NCBI GenBank assembly: GCA_051746985.1
Contig: JBNJFP010000003.1
Coordinates: 52,018-116,017, forward strand
Origin: Bacteroidota bacterium
Lineage (GTDB): Bacteria; Bacteroidota; Rhodothermia; Balneolales; Balneolaceae
Reading direction: 5' to 3'
Length of the DNA stretch: 64,000 nt
Part shown: in pieces, positions 47,219 through 56,841 of the stretch
How the letters are laid out: every line of letters starts with the position of its first letter
Numbering within the stretch: position 1 is the stretch's first letter
Made by a program: the position numbers and the translations under genes
The notes under the pieces: generated by a model
What the model was told of the DNA's origin: nothing
Databases searched by the model: none
What the model saw: the letters and a program-made list of their open reading frames with translations, nothing else

Positions 47219-47620
47219 ATGTCTGCAGAACAATCCCCAAAAACCCAATTAAGTGACAAAGAGTTGCAATATTTTAAAAACCTGCTCCTCGAAAAACGTG
47301 AAGAAGCCCAGGGGGAACTGGATATCATTCGTGATGCGCAATCCAATTTGGATGATGCCGATGATGCCGATCAATCATCGCAGACGCACCACATGGGTGA
47401 TGTAGGTACCGACGAGCAGGATACTGAAATGAATTACCTGCAAATCGAGCGCTTGCGGGAATATATTATGCATATAAATGAGGCCCTGGAACGTATCGAG
47501 AATAAAACCTACGGTATATGCCAGGCAACCGGCAAGCCTATTGCGAAAGGACGTTTGGAAGCCGTGCCGCATACTCGATACAGCATTGAAGCAAAAAACA
47601 TGGGAATAGCTGAAAATTAA
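47219..47620 (+). CDS. TraR/DksA-family protein lacking the C4 zinc finger (paralog of 29861..30253)
   Basis: SDKELQYFKNLLL.., HHMGDVGTD and the C-terminus NKTYGICQATGKPIAKGRLEAVPHTRYSIEAK. Confidence 0.75.
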   Translation: MSAEQSPKTQLSDKELQYFKNLLLEKREEAQGELDIIRDAQSNLDDADDADQSSQTHHMGDVGTDEQDTEMNYLQIERLREYIMHINEALERIENKTYGICQATGKPIAKGRLEAVPHTRYSIEAKNMGIAEN

Positions 47621-47641
47621 TTCAATTACATTGATAAAATT

Positions 47642-47875
47642 ATGGATAACCAATCGTACGATTATAACGATGAACCTGTATTTCACGAACGTCCACAGCT
47701 ACTGGCAGAGAAAGCCTACCGCGGATTTTCAGTAAAGAATACCGAACAGCATTACGAAGGAGTGAAAATAACAGCGGCTAACAAAGAGGGTAAAAGCTTT
47801 ACAGCAACCGGTGAAACCGAAAAAGAGGCCTTAAAAAAGCTGATAGATCACATCGATTTAATGCTGGATCAGTAA
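47642..47875 (+). CDS. hypothetical small protein
   Basis: 77-aa ORF 21 nt after the dksA-like stop. I recognise no motif. Confidence 0.4.
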   Translation: MDNQSYDYNDEPVFHERPQLLAEKAYRGFSVKNTEQHYEGVKITAANKEGKSFTATGETEKEALKKLIDHIDLMLDQ

Positions 47876-48032
47876 AAGATCATAGAAATAAAATGAGGTT
47901 GCGGTATCGATGACGCGGATAAAGTAAAGCAAGCGTAATCAGACCAGAAAGGAAGTTTTTATTGTACTAATCTAATTACAGTTCGAAATATCAGAAGTTA
48001 AACAAGTCCATCTAACTAAGAATAAACAGATT

Positions 48033-48374
48033 ATGAAAACGCAAGAGACCAAGAAAACAAATCGCGAAAAGTATATCGAAAACCTGACTGCCAAATTGAA
48101 AGAATGGGATCATGATTTGGCAGAGATGGAAGAAAAGTTTGACCAGAGAAAAGCTGAGTTAAAAACCACTTATAAAAAGCAGGCAGAAGAACTTAAAGAG
48201 CGCCGAAAAGAGATTAAAAACAAATTAAAGAATCTTAAGGCAACCGGTGAAGAAACTTACGATCGTGCAAAGAAAGATGTAGAAGGCCTTTGGAGCGATT
48301 TAAAAACAGGATTAAAATCAATGAGGGAAGACTTGGCTGAGAAAACAAAAAAGGCATCCAAGAAAAAAGCCTGA
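48033..48374 (+). CDS. Lys/Glu-rich coiled-coil protein (stress-protein-like)
   Basis: 113 aa with a continuous heptad-like K/E pattern and no signal peptide. Confidence 0.45.
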   Translation: MKTQETKKTNREKYIENLTAKLKEWDHDLAEMEEKFDQRKAELKTTYKKQAEELKERRKEIKNKLKNLKATGEETYDRAKKDVEGLWSDLKTGLKSMREDLAEKTKKASKKKA

Positions 48375-48426
48375 TAAAAGCCGACAGAAATGAAATAAAC
48401 CAAGGAAATCCAAAAACATGTAACCG

Positions 48427-49083
48427 ATGTTTAAGAACCGCGAAGATGCCGGAAAACAGCTGGGTAAAGCCCTCGAAAAGTATCAGTCGGAACGACCGTT
48501 GATATTGGGTATCCCCCGGGGAGGCGTCGAAGTGGGATACCATGTGGCTTTAACTCTGGATTGTGATTTTGATGTGATTGTCGTGCGTAAGCTTGGACAT
48601 CCCCAGCAGCCCGAAGCTGCCTTTGGGGCCTTGGCAGAAGATGGGAGTTTGTACTTAAATCCGTGGTCTAATAAATACTTGACAAAGAAATCTATTGAAA
48701 AGGTAATGAGGCGCGAGCAAAAAGAAATTGGGCGCAGAATAGAAGCGTATCGCCAGGGGCAAGCGTTGCCTGAGTTAACTGATCGGCTTGTGGTTTTAGT
48801 AGATGATGGTATTGCCACGGGGTCCACCATTTCTGCGGCTATTAATATGTGTGGCAAGAAGCATCCCAAAAAAGTAGTAGTGGCTGCCCCTGTAGCTGGT
48901 ATTCGTCAAGTTCGGAAAATAGCACCTAAAGTGGATGAAATTGTTATCCTTAGTAAGAGGGAGGAGTTTTATGCCGTCTCTCAAGCCTATATAAATTTTA
49001 GCAATTTAGCCGACAATGAAGTCATCTACTTTATGGAACAGTGGCGGAAAAAAGCGGCCCCAAAAGTACGTTTTGATCAATAG
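48427..49083 (+). CDS. phosphoribosyltransferase-family protein
   Basis: PRPP-binding loop VVLVDDGIATGSTI and N-terminus FKNREDAGKQLG..LGIPRGGV, as in the putative PRTases found next to DLH-like hydrolases. Confidence 0.8.
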   Translation: MFKNREDAGKQLGKALEKYQSERPLILGIPRGGVEVGYHVALTLDCDFDVIVVRKLGHPQQPEAAFGALAEDGSLYLNPWSNKYLTKKSIEKVMRREQKEIGRRIEAYRQGQALPELTDRLVVLVDDGIATGSTISAAINMCGKKHPKKVVVAAPVAGIRQVRKIAPKVDEIVILSKREEFYAVSQAYINFSNLADNEVIYFMEQWRKKAAPKVRFDQ

Positions 49084-50177
49084 CCTGCAGATGATTTGAA
49101 AACCATGAATTCATTAATGTTCGTTCTGTCAATGGCACCAGTGAGACGACCATCATCGGTAACTGGCAAAAACGATTTTTGCTCGGATTGCATTTTTCGG
49201 TAGATCGCTGTCAACTCCTCCGATTCTGGAACGGTATCAAATTCACTGTTCATGATATCTTTAACCGTTAGTGAACTGTCTTTGCCTTTCATTGCTTTTA
49301 TGATATTCTGGTTATAAACGATGCCCACAGGTTTATTGCCATTCGAATTAGTAACAATGAAATCACGCTCTGTGCCCGATAGAATTAAATCAATGACTGA
49401 TTCCACCGAGTCGTTAGGGTTGAGAACTGTGATATTCGTCATCATCGCATCTTTGGCTTTATATCCCCTGAGGAGTGTGAGTTGTTGGACCATCACATTT
49501 TCTCCAAAGGCGCCAAAGAAGACAAAAACGCCAATCAACGCCAGGAACGGATTATAGAGCAATCCAAAAAAGAAAAATATTACTGCTACCAGTTGTCCAA
49601 GGTTCGCAGCAATTTGAGTAGCTTGAACCCGATCCATCCGCATGGAAAGCAGGGCCCTTAGAATGCGTCCGCCGTCCATTGGGAAAGCAGGTATAAAATT
49701 GAAGGCCGCCAAAAGGACGTTGGCGTAAAATAGTAGAAATAAGAAGTTCCGGGCAGATATTTCGCTAAAAAATTGTTCAACTTGGCTTTCATCCAGCTGT
49801 TGTATGAAATCGAACGGGATTACCAGGTATAGAACAAAGGCAATCACAATATTTACGACCGGACCCGCCAGGGTGATAAGTAATTCTTCTCTGGGTTCTT
49901 CGGGAATATCTTCCAGGCTGGCAACACCGCCAATAGGTAACAGCGTTATCTCTTTTGTTGAGATACCAAATTGCTTTGCAGAAAGAGCGTGCCCCAGCTC
50001 ATGCAGCACAACGCATCCGAATAAAACAATGACAAAGAGATTGCTCCAGAATATCCCGGCTGTGCTGGTGCCGCTCCATATCCCGGAAAAGATAATCCAA
50101 AGGATTAATAATAAGAACGTCCAGTGAACCTGTACCCGTACTCCTGCAATTCTTCCAAGTGTCAACGCTCTTTTCAT
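49077..50177 (-). CDS. site-2 protease family (M50) zinc metalloprotease with C-terminal CBS pair
   Basis: HELGHAL (HExxH), second motif FPMDGGRIL, about 6 TM segments and a C-terminal CBS-like tandem. Its 3' end overlaps the convergent PRTase gene by 7 nt. Confidence 0.85.
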   Translation of the reverse strand: MKRALTLGRIAGVRVQVHWTFLLLILWIIFSGIWSGTSTAGIFWSNLFVIVLFGCVVLHELGHALSAKQFGISTKEITLLPIGGVASLEDIPEEPREELLITLAGPVVNIVIAFVLYLVIPFDFIQQLDESQVEQFFSEISARNFLFLLFYANVLLAAFNFIPAFPMDGGRILRALLSMRMDRVQATQIAANLGQLVAVIFFFFGLLYNPFLALIGVFVFFGAFGENVMVQQLTLLRGYKAKDAMMTNITVLNPNDSVESVIDLILSGTERDFIVTNSNGNKPVGIVYNQNIIKAMKGKDSSLTVKDIMNSEFDTVPESEELTAIYRKMQSEQKSFLPVTDDGRLTGAIDRTNINEFMVFKSSAGY

Positions 50178-50202
50178 CTTTTGAATATCTATTCGCTAAA
50201 GG

Positions 50203-52611
50203 TCAAACTTTTGCCAGCTTATGATTTGTTTCGAGCTGGTGAATCGTTTTAATGACTTGTATAACACTATCCGGATTTAATGAGATAGAATCAATACCCG
50301 CATCCACCAAAAATGCAGCGTAATCTGGGTTGTTACTGGGCGCCTGACCGCAAAATCCAATATTTATACCCGCTTTATGTGTCTTCTTGATAACATCTGT
50401 AATGGCAGTTTTGACGGCCTCATCGTTTTCGTCAAACAGGTACGAAAGTGAGGCAGAATCACGATCTACGCCCAGAACAAGCTGGGTCAGGTCGTTGGAG
50501 CCAATTGAAAATCCATCGAAATATTTTGCAAACTGGGTGGCCAATATCACGTTGGACGGAATTTCGCACATCATATACACTTGCAGCCCGTTTTCACCAC
50601 GTTTTAAACCGTATGATTCCATCACGGACAGCACCTTTTGCGCCTCTGTTAGGGTTCGACAAAAAGGGATCATAACAATAATATTATCCAGCCCTATCTC
50701 TTCGCGCACTTTTTTAAGGGCTTTGCATTCCAGCTTAAAGCCTTCCTGATAATCATCGCTATAATATCGACAGGCACCTCTCCATCCCAACATGGGATTT
50801 TCTTCGTGCGGTTCAAAAGGTTTCCCTCCAATTAAGCCAGCATATTCATTGGTTTTAAAGTCGCTGGTGCGCACGATCACCGGCTTGGGATACTGGGAGC
50901 CCGCAATTTTAGCAATGCCTTCTGCCAGTTGATCTACAAAATATTCCGATTTGTGCTCGTAGTTTTGGGTTAATTTTTCGATCTCGTTGCGGTCGGATTC
51001 ATCTTTTACATCATCAAAATGGATCAATGCCATCGGGTGCGTTTTAATATGATAGCTGATAATAAATTCCATGCGCGCCAGCCCAACGCCTTGAACGGGC
51101 AGTTGCCACCACTTGAAGGCCGATTCGGGTACGGCCATATTCAGCATAATGTCAGTAGATATTTTTGGGAGGTTTCCGAGGTCAATTTCTTCAACCGTAA
51201 ATTCCAGGAGTCCATTGTAAACTTTGCCCTCATCACCCTCTGCGCAAGAAAGTGTAATTTCTTGCCCGTCTTGGAATGTAGATGTTGCATGCTGCGTGCC
51301 AACGATAGCCGGAATACCCAGCTCGCGGCTCACGATAGCAGCGTGGCAGGTACGTCCGCCTGAATCGGTGATGATGCCGGCCGCCTTTTTCATCGATGGA
51401 ACCCAATCCGGTTCGGTCATCTTTGTAACCAAGATATTGTTGGAGGTAATGGATGCAAGATCGTCCACGCTTTCCACCTTTTTGATGGTTCCACTGACGA
51501 TACTACTCCCGATGCTGAGTCCGGTCAGCAGAACCGAGGCATTGTTATCCACAAGGGAGTAATTTTTAAAGATGGTGTGGTTTGTTGCTGTGTGTATTGT
51601 TTCGGGACGCGCCTGTACGATATAAAGTTCATCCGTGCGATCATCTTTGACCCACTCGATATCCATCGGCCGCTGGTAATGATCTTCGATGGCTTTTGCC
51701 CACTGTCCCAGCGTGATGATTTCAGAATCGGATAAAATATACTGCGATCTCTCTTCGGGGCTGGTGGGCACATTTTTGACACTGCTACCATCATCGGAAC
51801 TGTAGATCATTTTCTGTTCTTTGTTGCCCAGCTTTTTTTCAAGGATGGGGACAACGTCATCGCGATTTAAAAGCGGCTTAAATACTAAAAACTGATCCGG
51901 ATTAACAATTCCGCGCACCACATTTTCGCCCAGCCCCCACGCACCGTTAATAACAATTACATCGGGGAAACCGGTTTCCGTGTCGATGGTGAAAATAACT
52001 CCCGAACTGCCCATGTCAGCGCGGATCATCTTTTGCACTCCCGCAGAAAGGGCGATCTTGAAATGGTCAAATCCTTTTTCTTCTCGATAAACGATTGCAC
52101 GGGCCGTAAATAGCGAACTGAAACATTTTTTGCAGCTATCAAGCAGCTCACTTTCTCCCCGCACGTTGAGGTACGTTTCCTGGAGTCCCGCAAAGCTGGC
52201 AGAGGGCAGATCTTCGGCTGTGGCGCTACTTCGGATGGCCACATCTACATTTTGGGTATCGTACTTTTGGCATAACTCCCGGTAGCTCTTCACAATGCTT
52301 TCTGCTACGTCCTGCGGCCAAGTCGCCTGGTCAATTTTCTTTCTGATTTGGCGACTTGCTTGTTCAACGGATATGCTTTTCTCGTGGTAGTTGCGTAACT
52401 GCTGGGTGATGGGATCCTTTAACCCATTTGCTGAAATGAAGGTACGGTATGCCGCCGAGGTGGTGGCGAACCCCGAGGGGATATTGATGCCCATCGGCAC
52501 CAAATGTTGTATCATTTCTCCGAGGGAGGCATTTTTGCCGCCTACTTCACCTACGTTTTTATTATCAACCTCGTGCAGCCATCGAATAAATAAATTTTGG
52601 TGATTTGCCAT
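50203..52611 (-). CDS. ppsA: phosphoenolpyruvate synthase
   Basis: 802 aa. N-terminal ATP-grasp region (VGGKNASLGEM), phosphohistidine domain GGRTCHAAIVSRELGIPA and C-terminal PEP-utilising TIM barrel SIGSNDLTQL. Confidence 0.9.
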   Translation of the reverse strand: MANHQNLFIRWLHEVDNKNVGEVGGKNASLGEMIQHLVPMGINIPSGFATTSAAYRTFISANGLKDPITQQLRNYHEKSISVEQASRQIRKKIDQATWPQDVAESIVKSYRELCQKYDTQNVDVAIRSSATAEDLPSASFAGLQETYLNVRGESELLDSCKKCFSSLFTARAIVYREEKGFDHFKIALSAGVQKMIRADMGSSGVIFTIDTETGFPDVIVINGAWGLGENVVRGIVNPDQFLVFKPLLNRDDVVPILEKKLGNKEQKMIYSSDDGSSVKNVPTSPEERSQYILSDSEIITLGQWAKAIEDHYQRPMDIEWVKDDRTDELYIVQARPETIHTATNHTIFKNYSLVDNNASVLLTGLSIGSSIVSGTIKKVESVDDLASITSNNILVTKMTEPDWVPSMKKAAGIITDSGGRTCHAAIVSRELGIPAIVGTQHATSTFQDGQEITLSCAEGDEGKVYNGLLEFTVEEIDLGNLPKISTDIMLNMAVPESAFKWWQLPVQGVGLARMEFIISYHIKTHPMALIHFDDVKDESDRNEIEKLTQNYEHKSEYFVDQLAEGIAKIAGSQYPKPVIVRTSDFKTNEYAGLIGGKPFEPHEENPMLGWRGACRYYSDDYQEGFKLECKALKKVREEIGLDNIIVMIPFCRTLTEAQKVLSVMESYGLKRGENGLQVYMMCEIPSNVILATQFAKYFDGFSIGSNDLTQLVLGVDRDSASLSYLFDENDEAVKTAITDVIKKTHKAGINIGFCGQAPSNNPDYAAFLVDAGIDSISLNPDSVIQVIKTIHQLETNHKLAKV

Positions 52612-52762
52612 AGTATCGCCTTCTGTTGTTTAGTAATTGCTATCCAGAGCTTGGGAAAGATATGTTCGGGAACCTGTTGGTAATTTAAACTTACCGTGCA
52701 TAAGCGCTTGAAATTGCAATGGCATCCTCTTGAAGGGTGTAGTCAAATCATGTAGGCAGTAT

Positions 52763-52777
52763 TAGGAATAACTCTTA
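52763..52777. promoter_or_regulatory. candidate operator, TAGGrA-N3-TyCyTA family
   Basis: TAGGAATAACTCTTA CAA has 1 mismatch. It lies 90-104 nt upstream of ATG 52867 and about 150 nt upstream of ppsA. Confidence 0.4.
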
Positions 52778-52866
52778 CAATCAATCTTGAACAAAACGTA
52801 CAGCAAAAGTGGTAGGGAAAGATAATTTTATAACATGTTCCGAAATATAAATATAGCGATGTGGTT

Positions 52867-53538
52867 ATGTACGAAATTATAATGCAACTTCCTTTTAATG
52901 GTCACCGCGTAGATGGAAGGCTTACTCTGCCGGTGAAAGCCAAAAGTATAATCATCTTTTCGCATGGTTTTGGTCGGTCATCATTGATGCCCCATGAACA
53001 TCGAATGGCCGTAACCTTTCAACAAGCGGGTTATGGGACGCTTGTTTTAGATACCGTTGGCGATTATCAAGATATTTCTGATAACCCTCGGGAGGTTGAA
53101 TATCTGGCTAAGGGATTGCTTGCCGCTACCAACTGGCTGCACAGCCATTCGGAGTATAATCTGCTGGATATAGCCTATTGTGGAAGTGGATCAGGCGCTG
53201 GTCCGACCCTGCGTGCGGCATCAGAGTTGGGAGAGGTGATCAAAGCCGTTGTTTGTCTGGGTGGATATATGGATCTGGAAAAAACGCAACTGTCAGAAGT
53301 ATCTGTTCCAACGCTGCTAATAGTAGGCGAGCTTGATTTTGAAACGGTTGGAAGAAATAAAAAGGCACTTTCAAAATTGAGTAGCCCCAAACAGTTAGCG
53401 GTTATTCCCGGCGCATCCCATCTTTTTGAGGAGCCTGATAAGCTGAACGAAGCAGCACATATTGCCATATCTTGGTATCGAAAGTATCTGTCATCAGGAA
53501 AAGAAAAGTCGGAAACACTTTTCAGGCCCAGTGTTTAA
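52867..53538 (+). CDS. dienelactone hydrolase-like alpha/beta hydrolase (paralog 1)
   Basis: IIFSHGFG, a nucleophile-elbow-like YCGSGSGAG and the C-terminus VIPGASHLFEEP shared with 54140..54805. ATG 52867 is preferred over the GTG at 52861. Confidence 0.7.
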   Translation: MYEIIMQLPFNGHRVDGRLTLPVKAKSIIIFSHGFGRSSLMPHEHRMAVTFQQAGYGTLVLDTVGDYQDISDNPREVEYLAKGLLAATNWLHSHSEYNLLDIAYCGSGSGAGPTLRAASELGEVIKAVVCLGGYMDLEKTQLSEVSVPTLLIVGELDFETVGRNKKALSKLSSPKQLAVIPGASHLFEEPDKLNEAAHIAISWYRKYLSSGKEKSETLFRPSV

Positions 53539-53568
53539 CATGAATAACTTACACTAAGTCAGCAGGCG

Positions 53569-53985
53569 ATGAGGAAGACAACAATGGAACAAACAAATTT
53601 GCCGGTAGCAGATAGCGAGGTTACCTCTGGTCAGATAAAACGTTTTTTAGAGGTTATCGAGGAAAGTACCTGTCAGTATTACGCCAGTGATTTTCTTGAT
53701 CTCCTGGATGATGAGAGTTTGGGCATCATAGAAGAGAGGATTCATCACATGTTTGAAGTGTTTCAAACCCTGGAGGTTTCCACAGAAAATCATTGCTATT
53801 TGGTTTTTCGGTGTACGCCCAAATCGGTGGTTTATAAAGACTGGAAAATATCGGAGCTGGCTTGTGCCTATATGTTTATGAATGGGGATTTAACCGATGT
53901 AAGAGTTATTGCAGAACAGCAAAGCAGACTTCTCAACCGAATATTGAACACGATGCATCCCCGAAAGATAGCGCCGATGATATAG
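53569..53985 (+). CDS. hypothetical protein
   Basis: 138-aa ORF between the two DLH paralogs. I recognise no motif. Confidence 0.45.
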   Translation: MRKTTMEQTNLPVADSEVTSGQIKRFLEVIEESTCQYYASDFLDLLDDESLGIIEERIHHMFEVFQTLEVSTENHCYLVFRCTPKSVVYKDWKISELACAYMFMNGDLTDVRVIAEQQSRLLNRILNTMHPRKIAPMI

Positions 53986-54038
53986 CTTTTACTTTGCAAA
54001 TTGCCCTGTTGAAGAACCTGCCACAAAGAAAGGGCTCG

Positions 54039-54053
54039 TAATAGGTATCCTTA
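54039..54053. promoter_or_regulatory. candidate operator, TAGGrA-N3-TyCyTA family (weak left arm)
   Basis: TAATAGGTATCCTTA CAGGCA. Its right arm and downstream block ATCCTTACAGGCA-N10-TTCTCTTA are identical to 29481-29511. It lies 87-101 nt upstream of ATG 54140. Confidence 0.4.
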
Positions 54054-54139
54054 CAGGCAGGGATACAATTTCTCTTATAGTCTGGTCAATAATAATTGGT
54101 GATTATGGGCAAAGAGATCATCATAAAAAGGTGTTAAAT

Positions 54140-54805
54140 ATGTATAAGGAACTGCTTTTGCCTGTTGATAAGGTTAGCCTGAGAGGGAGTTTGCGAGTAC
54201 CTGATGAGGTCAAGGGATTCGTAATTTTTTCCCATGGTAGTGGAAGCAGCAGAAAAAGTCCAAGAAATCGTTTTGTTGCTGAAACGCTTGAGGCAAATGG
54301 CTTTGCGACGCTGCTTTTTGATTTACTTACGGAAGAAGAGGATAGGGAATATGCCCGGCGATTCAATATTAATGTACTGTCGCATCGGTTGATTACCGCC
54401 ACCAAATGGTTGAGAAGTCAGCCCGAATATGCCCAATGGAAGATGGGGTATTTTGGAGCAAGTACAGGAGCGGCTTCGGCCCTTATTGCGGCCTCCACTT
54501 TGGGACCGGAGGTAATAAAGGCAGTGGTTTCACGAGGAGGGCGCCCCGATATGGCTACAACTGCACTACCGAATGTGAAGAGTCCTACTTTGTTGCTGGT
54601 GGGCGGATTGGATACCAAAGTAATAAAACTCAACCAGCAAGCGTATGATGAGCTGAAGTGCAAAAAAGAGCTTGCGATCATCCCGGGGGCCTCACACCTG
54701 TTTGAAGAGCCGGGAACCTTGGAGCAGGTAACGCGTCTGGCCAATAACTGGTTTTTGAAATACCTGTACCAATTCGAAAAAGACATCGAAAAGGATTTTT
54801 TCTAA
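54140..54805 (+). CDS. dienelactone hydrolase-like alpha/beta hydrolase (paralog 2)
   Basis: VIFSHGSGSS, nucleophile elbow YFGASTGAA and IIPGASHLFEEPG. ATG 54140 is preferred over the GTG at 54131. Confidence 0.75.
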   Translation: MYKELLLPVDKVSLRGSLRVPDEVKGFVIFSHGSGSSRKSPRNRFVAETLEANGFATLLFDLLTEEEDREYARRFNINVLSHRLITATKWLRSQPEYAQWKMGYFGASTGAASALIAASTLGPEVIKAVVSRGGRPDMATTALPNVKSPTLLLVGGLDTKVIKLNQQAYDELKCKKELAIIPGASHLFEEPGTLEQVTRLANNWFLKYLYQFEKDIEKDFF

Positions 54806-54938
54806 CGGAGGATAATAATGCGGAGAAAAAGAAAATCTATCTAGAGAAAAACGAAAATGTACCTTTTAAGATGAGTGTGCCGCGATACTTTATCGGGGTA
54901 AGCTGATCGCGCTAACTTTAGCTAAAAAGATTAAGTTG

Positions 54939-55361
54939 ATGGATTCAGACACCACAAAAATGTTGCCCCATACTGCTGATGTAGCATTGTTAATTACTTC
55001 CGAGACTCTTCCCGGTTTGTTTCGGTTGGGTTTGCAGAGTTTAAATAATTTACTAAAGCCGGATTATGCTCCAAAAATGAATGAGGCAAAGGTTACGGAA
55101 GTCATCGAATTGAAATCGCCGGATAGAACCACCTTGCTTATTGATTTTCTTTCGGAAGTATTGACGCTGAGTCAAATACACAAGGCCATATTTTCTGACT
55201 TTGATATCAACAGAATGACTGACTGCGAGCTGTCAGCTACCCTTTCAGGGAAGAAAGTTGACTTATTTGATGAGGATGTCAAAGCGGTAACGTATCACGA
55301 AGCTAATATGTCATTGAATGAGGATGGCGATTGGCAAACAAAAATTATTTTTGATATTTGA
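54939..55361 (+). CDS. archease-family protein
   Basis: N-terminus LPHTADVAL, VKAVTYHEANM and the C-terminal IIFDI are typical archease landmarks. There is no rtcB in the window. Confidence 0.75.
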   Translation: MDSDTTKMLPHTADVALLITSETLPGLFRLGLQSLNNLLKPDYAPKMNEAKVTEVIELKSPDRTTLLIDFLSEVLTLSQIHKAIFSDFDINRMTDCELSATLSGKKVDLFDEDVKAVTYHEANMSLNEDGDWQTKIIFDI

Positions 55362-55458
55362 CCGTTATGATTGATCAAGTATCGTTACGGATGGATGACT
55401 GTCTATGGGTTACCATACGGTTTTTTAACTCCACCTTTCAATAAAAGGGATAAATAAT

Positions 55459-56832
55459 TTACGACTCCTCTTTGATATCATATTTGTCAATTTTGGAGTA
55501 TAACAACCTTCTGTTGATGCCAAGCAGTTTTGCAGCTTTTGTTTTATTCCAGTTAGTTCGGTGGAGGCCTTTCAAAATCAGATCTTTTTCAACAGACTCT
55601 ATAATTTTCTGCATGGGAATATTTCCATCTTCAGTATGAGAGTCATAAATATTAGAAAGATCAGATTTTAAAGAAATTGAAAGATCTTTGCGCTCGAGAA
55701 CCGTTCCGTTCATCAAAACGGTAGCCCGTTCGATGGTGTTTTCGAGTTCTCTAACATTACCAGGCCAGTGATATGATTTCAAATACTCAAGGGCATCGTC
55801 TGAAATATAAATATCTTCGCTTTGCGAATACTTTTTCAGGAAATATTTAGACAGGGGTTCAATATCATCCAATCGGTCGCGCAAAGGAGGAATGGAAAGA
55901 TTCAACACATTTAATCGATAATATAAATCTTCGCGGAAGTTATTATTCTCGACTTCTTTTTGGAGATTTTTATTGGTGGCAGCAATGATCCGGGCATCTG
56001 TTTTAATAGTATTTTCGCCGCCTACACGTTGGAACGTAAAGTTTTGAAGAACGCGCAGAAGCTTAATCTGAGTCCGTGGCGATAAGGCGTTGACTTCATC
56101 CAGAAAAATGGTGCCACCGTCAGCCAGTTCAAATCTTCCCAGTCGAAGTTGGTTTGCTCCGGTAAAAGCGCCTGCTTCGTGACCAAAAAGTTCGCTTTCG
56201 AGCAGGGAATCGGGTAAGGCGCCGCAATTAACCTTGATAAAGGGTTCATTGGATCGGTTGGAATGACGATGAATGGCATCCGCAATAACTTCTTTACCTG
56301 TTCCGCTTTCCCCTTCCAGCAAAACCGTTGTATCCTTGGGTGCAATTTTGCCGATCATCTTAAGGATTTCCTGCATCTCTTTGCTGACCCCTACAATATG
56401 TTGCTCAATATCGGGCCATTTGTTGTCGTCGCTTGGTGGACTGGTGTCCAGTGATCTTCTTTTTTTGCGCTGTTTTACCGCAGCATGTACGATTGAAAGA
56501 AACTCATCGATATCAAAGGGTTTTTCCAGGTAATCAAAGGCACCGGCTTTCATCGCTTCAATAGGTTTTTCATTAGACCCATAAGCGGTAAAAATAATAA
56601 TGGGTATTTGCGGTAGCTGGCTGTTAATCGTTTTTAAGGCTTGCAGACCTGATAGCTCGGGCATTTTGATATCCATGAGAATTGCCAGTGGGCGATGTTC
56701 AATGGCAAGCTGTACGGCTTCGGACCCATTGGAAGCCTGCAAAATTGCGTACCCTTCATCCTCTAACAGTTCAATGATATTGAGCCGCATGGAAGGTTCG
56801 TCGTCTGCTACAAGAATATGGTTGGAGGACAT
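55459..56832 (-). CDS. sigma54-dependent response regulator (NtrC family)
   Basis: REC domain ([16 protein letters not shown]), AAA+ domain with GESGTGKE and the sigma54-contact GAFTGA motif, and a C-terminal Fis-type HTH ([19 protein letters not shown]). Confidence 0.9.
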   Translation of the reverse strand: MSSNHILVADDEPSMRLNIIELLEDEGYAILQASNGSEAVQLAIEHRPLAILMDIKMPELSGLQALKTINSQLPQIPIIIFTAYGSNEKPIEAMKAGAFDYLEKPFDIDEFLSIVHAAVKQRKKRRSLDTSPPSDDNKWPDIEQHIVGVSKEMQEILKMIGKIAPKDTTVLLEGESGTGKEVIADAIHRHSNRSNEPFIKVNCGALPDSLLESELFGHEAGAFTGANQLRLGRFELADGGTIFLDEVNALSPRTQIKLLRVLQNFTFQRVGGENTIKTDARIIAATNKNLQKEVENNNFREDLYYRLNVLNLSIPPLRDRLDDIEPLSKYFLKKYSQSEDIYISDDALEYLKSYHWPGNVRELENTIERATVLMNGTVLERKDLSISLKSDLSNIYDSHTEDGNIPMQKIIESVEKDLILKGLHRTNWNKTKAAKLLGINRRLLYSKIDKYDIKEES

Positions 56833-56841
56833 AGTTCGATG

